Below are positions 1 through 8,961 of a stretch of 21,040 bases of DNA, piece by piece. A program made the position numbers and the translations under genes. Origin of the DNA: an uncultured Myxococcales bacterium (GTDB lineage: Bacteria; Myxococcota; UBA4151). Position 1 is the first letter of the stretch; the number at the start of each line of letters is the position of its first letter. The DNA lies in NCBI GenBank assembly GCA_964013405.1, contig CAXGWI010000053.1, forward strand, positions 1 through 21,040. The letters run 5' to 3'. Under the pieces are notes generated by a model. That model was not told the origin of the DNA. It did not search any database and worked only from the letters and a program-made list of their open reading frames with translations.

Positions 1-370
1 TGTTATCGAGGATGTGCTGCACCTGGTCCACATAAGCTGCCCGTTTCGAGTTTCGATCCACCTCTTGGGCGAGCAGAATATCGATATCGGTTTGGCGAAT
101 CAGCGCATTGATGCCCTCCATGTTCGCCTCCACCTCTGCGGCGTCCATGTGGACCCGCTCACCCCAGTAGTCCCAATAGAAGTTGATGCGTCCACCGCCG
201 AACTTCACGTTCCACGTCATCACCTTGAGGCGCTGGGGATTCTCTTCACCGGCCTCGATGGTCTTAGCGACATCGATAGGAAAGACCTCTTCGCCCACCC
301 AGTTGGTGGCCAAGGGTTCACACGCGATCGTCGCCAAAGCGGCGACGGCGAAGAAGCATGATCGCAGCAT
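1..370 (-). CDS. Endonuclease/exonuclease/phosphatase (EEP) family lipoprotein, 5' part only (runs off the left edge)
   Basis: Translated by hand from ATG 370: MLRSCFFAVAALATIACEPLATNW...RLKVMTWNVKFGGGRINFYWD...DIDILLAQEVDRNSKRAAYVDQV. TWN and QEVD are EEP motifs. Lipobox-like TIAC, and GGAGG SD just upstream. Absent from the ORF track because the stop lies outside the window. Confidence 0.88.
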   Translation of the reverse strand, partial: MLRSCFFAVAALATIACEPLATNWVGEEVFPIDVAKTIEAGEENPQRLKVMTWNVKFGGGRINFYWDYWGERVHMDAAEVEANMEGINALIRQTDIDILLAQEVDRNSKRAAYVDQVQHILDN

Positions 371-437
371 CCTTTTCCTCCAGACATAAATCGGGGTGGC
401 TGTCCCGCCCCCCACAGGCTATCCAAAAAGCCAGCGG

Positions 438-2678
438 ATGAGGAGAGTCGCTTTGCTAAACCCCATCGGACGGTCGCTTCTTGGCGCCATGCTTCTCTTT
501 GGATCGGCCGCCGCGTGGGCCCACGTGGGGCCCCATGACGGGGATGGCAATGACCTCCCCATCCCCGGTCAGGATCAGGGCGGAGCGCTCACGCCTTCCT
601 TCACCTACGACGTCTTAGATCAGAGCCAGGCCGGTGGTCCGGCCGGCAGCTTCGTGGCTCGCCCCGCCGGCGCGGTCTCCGTGGCCTTCGGCGATGACTC
701 CGTGCAAGGCCCCTTCAATCTCCCCTTCCCGACCCGCTTCTACGGCGAAATCGTGACCCAGTTCTGGGCCTCATCGAACGGCTTCATCGCCTTCGATGCC
801 CTCAACCATGCCCATTGCTGCTCCGGGCGCCCCCTGCCGTATGCCTCCGGCGCATCCCTCGCCATCTTCGGTTATTGGACCGACTGGAACCCTAGCTCCG
901 GCTGGTATGCGACCACCGGCGAGCCCGGCGCGCGAGTTTTTCTGTGGACCCATACCGGGCGGGAGATCGGCAATCAGGAAAACACGATGACCTGGCAAGT
1001 CCAGTTACGAGAGGGCTCGCAGAACGTGGACATCGTCTATTCGACGCCCCACCAGAGTCAGCGGGCCATCACGGTGGGGGTGCAAAATCGCTTGCGGGAC
1101 CAAGCGACGACCTACCGCTACGGTCGCCATACCATCCCCGCGAATACCGTGGTTCGTTTTCAACCGGCAAATCAACCGCCTGCGTTTGAAATCCTCGATG
1201 GGGAAGCCCGTGGCCAAACGGTCGACGTCCACGGCGAGTATCAGTTGAGCTTCGCCCTCACGGACCCAGAAGACCAAGCTGTGAGTGTGCGGTTCGGCCC
1301 TGAAGCTCCCGACGGTCACCGGTTGCAGCATCTGGCCGACGGGACCTGGCGCCTCCTAGCCAACCCTGGCCCCAGCGAACCCGGTCTCGTTCAATTCGAT
1401 ATCATCGGCTCCGATGGAGTCGAAGACGTCCGGCTCCCGGTCGAGTACGAGTTAACGGCACCGGCCAACGAAGCACCGAGCATCTTTCTCGATGCCCCCG
1501 AACTCGATTCGCTCCCCGGCGACATCTTTCTGCTGACCACCGGGGAAGAAGCTCAGATCATGGTCGGAAGTCATGACCGTGAAGATGGCAGCGCGACGAT
1601 CCGTGCGGCAAGCGCGCTCCCTGGGGGCCTTGCGAACGATGGCGGCCAACTGCGCTGGACCCCCGAGGAAAATCAAACGGGCGAGTACGATCTGACCTTC
1701 ACCGCCGAAGACAGCCAAGGCGCGATCGGTCGCTACACCTTCACGCTGCGTGTCCGCCGGGCCAGTAGCGCACCTCGGTTCACTTCGCAGCCTCCAACGG
1801 AACTGTCTGTGGGTCAGGATCTGGCCTATGCCATCCACGGCGAAGATGACGACCTGGGCCATGGCGATGTGGTCACCCTTCATATCGATCAGGGGCCTGA
1901 GAGCGCCTTGATCGATGAAAACACCGTCCTCCACTTCACCCCGGTCGAAGCCGAGCTCGGCAGCGTCATCGCCATCGTCCTGCGCCTTCAGGATGCAGAC
2001 GGTCAGACGGCCCACCAACATCTGGAGTTAACCATCACCCGCTCCGAAGAAGCACCTCGAGCGCTGGCAGGCCTGGACTTCGAAGCCGATCCGGGGCGGA
2101 TCGAACTACGGGGTAACGCCGAGGGTGCGGGGCCCCATCAGTTCCGCTGGACCGCGATCAGCGGGCCCGGATCTCCCCTCCCTGAGGTGGTGGGCTCAGA
2201 CCAACAAGTCGCTTGGTTCGAGGGCAAAGCAGCGGGCGCTTATGTCTTCCACCTCGATGTCACCAATGGCACCCACGCAGGCCTACCAGACGAAGTGACG
2301 GTCACCGTGCGAGACCTGCCGCCCACCGTCCGCATCCCAGCCCCCCCAGTGGGCCGAGTTGGCGAAGCATTGAACATGCAAATCGAGGCCGAAGACCCTA
2401 ACGGTGACCCCATCGAATCGATCGAATGGCAGTTGCTGCCGGCCGATGCGGGTAGCCTTGAAGGCCAGGGCACCGAGGCCATCCTGACAGGAGAGGCTCC
2501 GGGTCAGTATCAGGTGCACGTGACGGTGAGCGCATCGGGCGGCCGTACCGAGGCGGCCACGAACGTGGTTCTCGAGGGGCAAGTCGGCTGCGGTTGTGAC
2601 AGTCGAGGAGACCACTCGGGGTGGCTGCTGCTCATGGCGCTCTTACTGGCCCGCCGTCGGTGGCACCGTGCAGCCTGA
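438..2678 (+). CDS. Large secreted/surface protein: nidogen-like N-terminal domain, Ig/cadherin/PKD-like repeats, C-terminal MYXO-CTERM-type sorting signal
   Basis: Signal peptide ...LLGAMLLFGSAAAWA. Nidogen-like GDD..GPFNLPFPTRFYG....WASSNGFIAF segment. Repeated N.PP/D.ED/LRWTP Ig-like motifs. C-terminus GCGCDSRGDHSGWLLLMALLLARRRW. Start is ATG 438 or in-frame TTG 453 (AGGAG at 441-445). Confidence 0.8.
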   Translation: MRRVALLNPIGRSLLGAMLLFGSAAAWAHVGPHDGDGNDLPIPGQDQGGALTPSFTYDVLDQSQAGGPAGSFVARPAGAVSVAFGDDSVQGPFNLPFPTRFYGEIVTQFWASSNGFIAFDALNHAHCCSGRPLPYASGASLAIFGYWTDWNPSSGWYATTGEPGARVFLWTHTGREIGNQENTMTWQVQLREGSQNVDIVYSTPHQSQRAITVGVQNRLRDQATTYRYGRHTIPANTVVRFQPANQPPAFEILDGEARGQTVDVHGEYQLSFALTDPEDQAVSVRFGPEAPDGHRLQHLADGTWRLLANPGPSEPGLVQFDIIGSDGVEDVRLPVEYELTAPANEAPSIFLDAPELDSLPGDIFLLTTGEEAQIMVGSHDREDGSATIRAASALPGGLANDGGQLRWTPEENQTGEYDLTFTAEDSQGAIGRYTFTLRVRRASSAPRFTSQPPTELSVGQDLAYAIHGEDDDLGHGDVVTLHIDQGPESALIDENTVLHFTPVEAELGSVIAIVLRLQDADGQTAHQHLELTITRSEEAPRALAGLDFEADPGRIELRGNAEGAGPHQFRWTAISGPGSPLPEVVGSDQQVAWFEGKAAGAYVFHLDVTNGTHAGLPDEVTVTVRDLPPTVRIPAPPVGRVGEALNMQIEAEDPNGDPIESIEWQLLPADAGSLEGQGTEAILTGEAPGQYQVHVTVSASGGRTEAATNVVLEGQVGCGCDSRGDHSGWLLLMALLLARRRWHRAA

Positions 2679-3273
2679 GGCAGACCGGATCCTGGTCTGC
2701 GGTTTCGGTGCCTTCCCAGGCGTGACGGACAACCCCACCACCGATCTGGTGCGATCGCTCCCCTGGCGCCTCGGCGGTTTCAACGTCCATCGCTGGGTCC
2801 TGCCCGTGTCCTGGCAAGACAGCAGCGCCTGGCTACGCCGCCGGGTTCGAGCGGTCTCTCCCCACCTCCTCTTACTCACCGGTGTCGGCAGTCGGGAGGG
2901 CTGTGCTCAGCTGGAGTCCGGGGCTGATAACCGTCAGAATGGCCAACCTGATGTCCAAGGCGATATGCTGCTGCCAGGACCCATCGACCCACGGCGCAAA
3001 CTCACCCACCGAAAATCATGCCCCTGGCCGGTCGGCGATTTGGTCGAAGGGCTCCAACGGCGCGGCCATCTCGTGGAAGAAAGCAGCGATGCGGGCAGCT
3101 ATCTCTGCAATCACACGCTCTATCAGGCCCTGGATCTAGGGGTCCCCGCTGGGACGGGCTTCCTCCATGTGCGGGGGGGCGGCTATGAGGGCCTAGGCGA
3201 TCCCAGGCGCCTGGCGATGATGGAGTTGATTCGATCCCTCCATCTTGTCCTCCGCCTCAACCGGGAGCGATAG
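2668..3273 (+). CDS. pcp: Pyroglutamyl-peptidase I (peptidase C15)
   Basis: ILVCGFGAFPGVTDNPT, LPVSW and LES (Glu), DAGSYLCNHTLY (Cys), GFLHV (His). GTG 2668 overlaps the upstream stop. Confidence 0.88.
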   Translation: MQPEADRILVCGFGAFPGVTDNPTTDLVRSLPWRLGGFNVHRWVLPVSWQDSSAWLRRRVRAVSPHLLLLTGVGSREGCAQLESGADNRQNGQPDVQGDMLLPGPIDPRRKLTHRKSCPWPVGDLVEGLQRRGHLVEESSDAGSYLCNHTLYQALDLGVPAGTGFLHVRGGGYEGLGDPRRLAMMELIRSLHLVLRLNRER

Positions 3274-3277
3274 CCCG

Positions 3278-3709
3278 ATGTCTCTTCCCCAGCGCCAGGC
3301 TTTCCATCTGGCTTTTCCCGTGGATGACCTCGAGGCTGCACGACGTTTTTATTGTGATCACCTGGGCTGTGGCCTTGGCCGGGAAGACCCGGGCAAGTGG
3401 ATCGACTTTGACTTCGGCGGCCATCAACTGAGCGCCCATTTCAAGCCGGAAGAATGCCGGCGGGCTCTCCGCAACAGTGTCGATGGGGATCAAGTCCCAA
3501 CCCGCCACTTTGGCCTGATTCTGGACTGGACCCATTGGCATGAACTTGCGGAACGTCTCCAGCGTTCCCAGCAGGACTTTCTCATTGCGCCCAAGACCCG
3601 GTTCGTGGGCCAAGCGGGGGAACAAGCGACGTTCTTCTTACTCGACCCAGCGGGCAACGCGCTGGAGTTCAAGAGCTTCAAAAACCCCAGCCAACTCTTC
3701 GCCACCTAG
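3278..3709 (+). CDS. VOC/glyoxalase family protein (COG3565-like)
   Basis: FHLAFPVDDLEAARRFY, WIDFDFGGHQLSAH, VDGDQVPTRHFG and FLLDPAGNALEFKSF. ATG lies 4 nt after the pcp stop. Confidence 0.9.
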   Translation: MSLPQRQAFHLAFPVDDLEAARRFYCDHLGCGLGREDPGKWIDFDFGGHQLSAHFKPEECRRALRNSVDGDQVPTRHFGLILDWTHWHELAERLQRSQQDFLIAPKTRFVGQAGEQATFFLLDPAGNALEFKSFKNPSQLFAT

Positions 3710-3739
3710 CCCGGTGACATCGCCACCTTCGCGAAAGGG

Positions 3740-5299
3740 CTAGTACCAGATCGCGTCCATGAAGAGTTCCGGGCGAGACTGCTGCGCCGTCCCATTGCGC
3801 TCATCGACCCACACCAGAAGGACCTGACTCCCCAAACTCTGGCCACTGAGTTTCGCCATCCCACTAAACAGGCGAACATGGGGCACCGCAACGTGGCCAC
3901 CGATCCGAAACCCAGAGTCTGGATCGGAGAGCGGGGCAACGAGCAGTTGTATTTTATCCTCCGGGCTCCCCGGCTGATCTCTTCCCCGCTCGTCGGTCCA
4001 GGCCATCACAGCCCACTCCCGCTCATGGGCAACGAGCATCATTTCACCACGGGTTCTCGGTGCGTCCAGCACCAGCCGATAGTCCCATTCCTCCGGCGAT
4101 GCCGGGAACTCCGTTGGCACTCGGCTGGCAAAGATGCGGTGGGGCTCATGAAGGGCTTCGTCAGCCAAGGAGCTCGCCGTGCTCAAGGTCACCAAATCGT
4201 CGCCGATTCGGTGCACGTGGGACTCATGCTCAAAGGGCATAAGCAGGGAATGTGGCAGGATACCAGCTTCGAGAAGCTCACCGGCCGGGTCGATCACAAC
4301 AACCTGATTCCTGCTGATTCCCATGTCGAGGACATCATCCCAGTAATCCCGGGTGAAACTGACCACACTATGTCCCTGTCGGGCGGCGATTCGCATTTGA
4401 ATGTAGGGCAAGAAATCACCATGGGGGTCGTTCGAGCCGGCCCGCGCAATCTCGTGAGGACCAGCCAAGATCCCCCCTTCCGAGAAGCGTACCCAACGGA
4501 TGACCTCCGCATCGTCGGCCGTCACCAGGCGCCAGGCTGCCACCCAGGCCTCCCCATCGTAGGCGATAACATGCTGGAAGCGGCCTCGTTCGCGATCGGA
4601 CTCTAAAGGGATTGGTTCCAACAGCACATTGCCATCGAGATCCAAGACGCTGATCCAATGACGGCGCCCGTCGGCGACCAGTTGTTGATGGATCAGGCCC
4701 AGTAGCCCCTCACCAAGGGCCCCATGAACCCGGGCGACCGCTTGATCTGCCGGCGTGATCGAGATGGCCTGTGCGAGAGGAGCCCCGCTGCCATCGATGG
4801 CCTGGAGGTAGCCCCCGCGCGGTTCGGCCCGGCGGTCAGTCCACGTGAGGTACAGTTGGCCGTGATGGTGGTGAAACTGGGGGCTATCCGCTGTCCCCAC
4901 CGCCTCCCAGTCCGTTAAGCGATGTCCCTGGCGGTCGATGAACAAGCGAACCGCCCCATCCCCTTTGGCAGCACCGGCCTGGGCCCGGGCTTCGATCTCG
5001 TGGACACCATCGGCCAAGGCCTCGATGCTGATCTCCACGATCCAACTGCCATCGTCCAAACGCTGTGCTGGTTTGGTCTGGTCCCCAAGACTGACTTCAA
5101 TCACCTCGGCTTCGGCGCTTTCAAGGCGGATCGGTAAGATCCCGTTGATGGTGGGATTCGCCCTAAAGGCTCCATCCTGAGCCTGGAGAAAACCAATCTC
5201 GATGGGGGGGATGCCCCCGCCGTCCGGGCCAGAATCCGGCGTTTCATGGGAACAGGCCAGCAGCGCGAGCAGCGCGCTACAAACGATGCGGCTATGCAT
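3740..5299 (-). CDS. Hypothetical lipoprotein (Ig-like domain plus probable beta-propeller)
   Basis: MHSRIVCSALLALLAC lipobox. Ig-like LADGVHEIEARA segment. Recurrent W.D.R blade-like motifs (LTWTDRR, MAWTDER, LVWVDER). Start overlaps the DAACS stop (ATGCATAG). Confidence 0.7.
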   Translation of the reverse strand: MHSRIVCSALLALLACSHETPDSGPDGGGIPPIEIGFLQAQDGAFRANPTINGILPIRLESAEAEVIEVSLGDQTKPAQRLDDGSWIVEISIEALADGVHEIEARAQAGAAKGDGAVRLFIDRQGHRLTDWEAVGTADSPQFHHHHGQLYLTWTDRRAEPRGGYLQAIDGSGAPLAQAISITPADQAVARVHGALGEGLLGLIHQQLVADGRRHWISVLDLDGNVLLEPIPLESDRERGRFQHVIAYDGEAWVAAWRLVTADDAEVIRWVRFSEGGILAGPHEIARAGSNDPHGDFLPYIQMRIAARQGHSVVSFTRDYWDDVLDMGISRNQVVVIDPAGELLEAGILPHSLLMPFEHESHVHRIGDDLVTLSTASSLADEALHEPHRIFASRVPTEFPASPEEWDYRLVLDAPRTRGEMMLVAHEREWAVMAWTDERGRDQPGSPEDKIQLLVAPLSDPDSGFRIGGHVAVPHVRLFSGMAKLSGQSLGSQVLLVWVDERNGTAQQSRPELFMDAIWY

Positions 5300-6515
5300 C
5301 GCCACCTTCCCCAACGGCATCCTCGGACCCGACCGGTGCAAAGCGATTCACCACAACGGTGCCGCCCAAGTCACCGAGCACGTTCACGCTGGTGCGCATC
5401 ATGTCGAGAAAGCGATCGACAGCGAGGATCATACCGATCCCCTCCAACGGCAGTCCAACTGCGGTGAGGACGAGGGCCATGGTCACCAGGCCGGCGCTGG
5501 GAATCCCCGCCGCGCCGATCGCGGCGAGACAGGCTGTCACCGCCACGATGAGTTGGGCGCCGAAGTCGAGGTGAATCCCGTAGAGATTGGCGATGAACAA
5601 GGCGGCTACTGCCTCATACAGGGCTGTCCCATCCATGTTCACGGTCGCGCCCAGGGGCAAGACCACTCGACTCACCGTGGGCGGAACGTCCAACTCCTCC
5701 TCCGCCGCTTCCATCGTCACGGGGAGGGTCGCGGCGCTCGAGGCGGTGGCAAAGGCCACGGTCAATGGTTTCAAAGCAGCCCGGAAGAACGAGAGCGGTG
5801 AGCGCTTGGTGACCAGCCAGATGACCAAGGGCAGCACGATCAAGCCGTGCAGGGCGAGACCGCCTGCGACCACAAGAACGTAAGAACCCAACTTCAGGAT
5901 GGGCTCCCAGCCCGTCTGGGCCACCTGTTTTGCAGCCAAACAGAACACACCGACGGGGGTGGCGTAGAGCACCAAGGTCACCAAGCGCCCCAAGGCATCG
6001 GAGGCCACCTCGAAGCCACTGGCGACCCCATCGCCCTTGCCGCTTTTCCCCAAGGCCAGACCAAAGGCCAAGGCAAAGACTAAAATGGCGAGGATGTTGT
6101 TGCGGCTCCATGCCTGAATAGGATCTTGGACCAGCTTCTTCGCCTGAGCCTCGAGGAAAGCCAGCGGTGAGGAAGGCCCAGTAATGTTGGGGGCGTCCCC
6201 AGCCAATGCGGCCAGCTCTCCCCCCGATCCGGGAGCAACGAGATTCACCAATACCAGACCGATCGAGACGGCTGCGATCATCGTCCCGAGGAAGTACATA
6301 AAAGAAACGCTGAGGAGTCCGCCAATCTTTCCCTGGGCGCCGAGACGGGCCATCGAGGCCACAACCGAGCAAAAAATAATCGGCAGCACCAAGGCTTTGA
6401 GGGCGCCCACAAAAAGTGTCCCACCAAGGGCAAGAACGGGTCCCGTGGACGGAAAATAAGCACCCAAAACAGCGCCAGCGACCAACGCGATCAAGGTAAT
6501 AGAAGCAAAACGCAT
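5292..6515 (-). CDS. Dicarboxylate/amino acid:cation symporter (DAACS, GltP/GltPh family)
   Basis: Multi-TM protein with FATASSAATLP, PLGATVNMDGTALYE, SAGLVTM and VDRFLDMMRTSVNVLGD motifs. Start taken as ATG 6515 (MRFASIT). Confidence 0.93.
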   Translation of the reverse strand: MRFASITLIALVAGAVLGAYFPSTGPVLALGGTLFVGALKALVLPIIFCSVVASMARLGAQGKIGGLLSVSFMYFLGTMIAAVSIGLVLVNLVAPGSGGELAALAGDAPNITGPSSPLAFLEAQAKKLVQDPIQAWSRNNILAILVFALAFGLALGKSGKGDGVASGFEVASDALGRLVTLVLYATPVGVFCLAAKQVAQTGWEPILKLGSYVLVVAGGLALHGLIVLPLVIWLVTKRSPLSFFRAALKPLTVAFATASSAATLPVTMEAAEEELDVPPTVSRVVLPLGATVNMDGTALYEAVAALFIANLYGIHLDFGAQLIVAVTACLAAIGAAGIPSAGLVTMALVLTAVGLPLEGIGMILAVDRFLDMMRTSVNVLGDLGGTVVVNRFAPVGSEDAVGEGGDA

Positions 6516-6581
6516 GGGGTCATCTTTGAGATTTGTCTTCTTCGCTGGTAGAGCGCAGCCGGACATAAGGGCAACTCTTTC

Positions 6582-7313
6582 ATGAAAGTCGCTTTGGTCT
6601 CAGACCTCCATGCGAATCATCAGGCCGCTCAGGCCGTCTTTGGCCGGATCACTGATCTCGGGGTGGATCGAACCATTTGTCTTGGGGATGTGGTGGGCTA
6701 CGGCTCGGCCCCCAACGAGGTTTGCCAGCTGGTGCGAGACCATTGTGATCTGACCATCATCGGCAATCACGACGCTGCCGTCGCTGGCCTGATGGACTAC
6801 AGTTATTACTATCAGGCGGCCCGTGAAGCCCTGGACTGGACGGTCTCCGTCCTCGATGATGACCATATCACCTGGTTACGGAGCCTACCGTACACGGCCA
6901 AAGCCGGGGATGCTTGTTTCAGTCATGGTTCACCGGTTTACCCCGAGAGCTTCGAGTACGTCTTCAATCAGGCCCTCGCCCGGGCCCACTGCGCCTTCCA
7001 TCAACGGCTGCAGAACATTACCTTCATGGGACATACCCATCTCACCCGCTCGTGGCGCTTCAACGAGACCACCGCGGAGGATGTCCCGCCCGGCCCCATC
7101 CCATTCGAGTCGGGATGGAAATACTTGGTGACGATCGGCAGTGTCGGACAGCCCCGCGACTACGATCCGAGGGCCTGTTTCGTGCTCTACGACACGGAAG
7201 CCGGCGAAGCCAAACACATCCGGGTGCCTTACGATATCGACAGTGCGGCGAATGGGATCCGGGAAGCAGGTCTCTCTGAACACTTCGCTCGACGGCTCGC
7301 CCGCGGTGTCTGA
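6582..7313 (+). CDS. Calcineurin-like metallophosphoesterase family protein
   Basis: SDLHAN, LGDVVGYG, GNHD, HGSP, GHTH and GSVGQPRD motifs. Confidence 0.92.
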   Translation: MKVALVSDLHANHQAAQAVFGRITDLGVDRTICLGDVVGYGSAPNEVCQLVRDHCDLTIIGNHDAAVAGLMDYSYYYQAAREALDWTVSVLDDDHITWLRSLPYTAKAGDACFSHGSPVYPESFEYVFNQALARAHCAFHQRLQNITFMGHTHLTRSWRFNETTAEDVPPGPIPFESGWKYLVTIGSVGQPRDYDPRACFVLYDTEAGEAKHIRVPYDIDSAANGIREAGLSEHFARRLARGV

Positions 7314-7629
7314 GCCAGCCCAACGGGCTCAACATTTAGCGGAGCAAATCTCCCGGGAAGAAGCCCGGCTTCGTACCCTGACTACCTACAGTTATGGCGT
7401 GCGGATCTTCACTTGGATGGGCCTCATCCTTTTGGCCAGTGCGGCCTACGTCTACGGCGGCTCGTCCAGCCCACGGCTCGCCCTCGCCCTGGCGGCTGCA
7501 GGCCTTCTAGGCTGGTTGACTGGCTATTTCTTTGCACCACTGGTTGCCTATTATCGAGATCAGACACAGGGTCACATCGCCAGCGCCAAAGCGCAGCTTG
7601 AGACGATGAAGCAGGAGCACCATGGATAG
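7306..7629 (+). CDS. Small two-TM membrane protein, hypothetical
   Basis: In-frame GTG 7306 within the 7141..7629 ORF, overlapping both neighbours by 8 nt. Two hydrophobic segments (IFTWMGLILLASAAYVY; LALALAAAGLLGWLTGYFFAPLVAYY) flanked by coiled-coil-like ends. Confidence 0.72.
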   Translation: MSEPAQRAQHLAEQISREEARLRTLTTYSYGVRIFTWMGLILLASAAYVYGGSSSPRLALALAAAGLLGWLTGYFFAPLVAYYRDQTQGHIASAKAQLETMKQEHHG

Positions 7630-8953
7630 AGCCGACGATTACATCGAATTCTCCAAGGCGACGCCGACGCCTTTCCACGCAGTGCATGAGATCACTCGTC
7701 GTCTGCGCGAAGACGGCTTTAGCCCTGTCGAGCCGACGGACGCTTGGTCATTCCAGGGCGGCGAGCGGCACTACGTCATCGCGCCGGACCAACGCACCGT
7801 CATCGCCTTCGTGGTGGGACAGCAGGCGCCCTCCGATGCGGGCTTTCGCATTCTGGGAGCCCACACCGACGCCCCCGATCTGCGCTTGAAACTGAATCCG
7901 GTCAGTGAGGCTTGCTCGGTGACGCGACTCCACACGCAAACCCACGGTGGTGTCCTCTTTCGTACCTGGCTGGATCGCCCCCTCGATCTGGGCGGCATGG
8001 TGTATCACCTGCAAAGAGATGCCGATGGAAACATCGTGGATGATCCTGAGACCGGGTTGCCGGCACTGGAACGGCATCTGGTTCGGGCCAATGAGCCGGT
8101 CGCCTTCATTCCCGAGCTTGCCATCCACCTGAACCGAAAGGTGAACGACGAAGGTAAAATCAACCCAGAAGACCAACTGGTGGCTGTGCTCGGCTCAGGC
8201 GAAAGGGCGCCGCTGGTGGCCCGCCTAAGTGAGTTGCTCGGCCACGACCTGCACGAGGCATCAGGCTTCGATCTTCACCTCTTTCCCTATCAAGAGCCCC
8301 TGCGGGTCGGCGTGGACGGCTCCATCGTTCTGGGGCCCAGGCACGACGACCTGGCCATGTGTTGGGCCAGTTGCGAAGCCTTACGCGCAAGCGTTCAGGG
8401 ATCTCCCCAATCGGACCGGACCCGGGTCGGCTACTTCGTGGACGCCGAAGAGGTCGGTTCGATGACGAGTTCCGGTGCCCAGAGCAGTTTCCTTCGTCAT
8501 ACCTTGCTTCGGATTGCTCGTCAGCACGCCGCCTTTGGGAACAGTGGTCGGGAGGCAGAAGCAGCCTTTCAAGCCACCCTGGTCGTCAGTGCTGACATGG
8601 CCCACGCGCAGCACCCAAACCACCCAAAGAAGCACGCGACCGGGCACGCGCCCCAGATCAATCACGGGATCACCATCAAAACCAACGCCAATGAACGCTA
8701 CGCCAGCACCGGCGAGACCGCAGCCCTGTTTCGGGGTCTCTGCGAGAAAGCCGGGGTTTCAGTGCAGGAGTTCGTCATGCGCCAGGACATGGGTTGTGGT
8801 AGCACCATCGGCCCGATCGTCGCCGCGGGGCTGGGCGCCCGAACCGTGGACGTTGGCCTGCCTATGTGGGGGATGCACAGTACTTTTGAATCCTGCGGTG
8901 CTGCGGATCTCAATGACGCGGTGCTCGTCTTCACCCAACATTTTTCCAGCTAG
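7622..8953 (+). CDS. apeB: M18 family (aspartyl) aminopeptidase
   Basis: TPFHAV, GAHTDAP, TWLDRPL, IPELAIHLNR, DAEEVGS, SADMAHAQHPNH, CGSTIGP and MHS motifs. Confidence 0.93.
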   Translation: MDRADDYIEFSKATPTPFHAVHEITRRLREDGFSPVEPTDAWSFQGGERHYVIAPDQRTVIAFVVGQQAPSDAGFRILGAHTDAPDLRLKLNPVSEACSVTRLHTQTHGGVLFRTWLDRPLDLGGMVYHLQRDADGNIVDDPETGLPALERHLVRANEPVAFIPELAIHLNRKVNDEGKINPEDQLVAVLGSGERAPLVARLSELLGHDLHEASGFDLHLFPYQEPLRVGVDGSIVLGPRHDDLAMCWASCEALRASVQGSPQSDRTRVGYFVDAEEVGSMTSSGAQSSFLRHTLLRIARQHAAFGNSGREAEAAFQATLVVSADMAHAQHPNHPKKHATGHAPQINHGITIKTNANERYASTGETAALFRGLCEKAGVSVQEFVMRQDMGCGSTIGPIVAAGLGARTVDVGLPMWGMHSTFESCGAADLNDAVLVFTQHFSS

Positions 8954-8961
8954 GAGTCGCC

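Noticed and set aside
14..389. Plus-strand ORFs 14..361 and 183..389
   Set aside because: Antisense shadows of the minus-strand EEP gene.
6582..7629. Metallophosphoesterase plus 2-TM protein as an anti-phage effector pair
   Set aside because: Embedded in a housekeeping operon with the M18 peptidase, with no cyclase, nuclease or other defence context.
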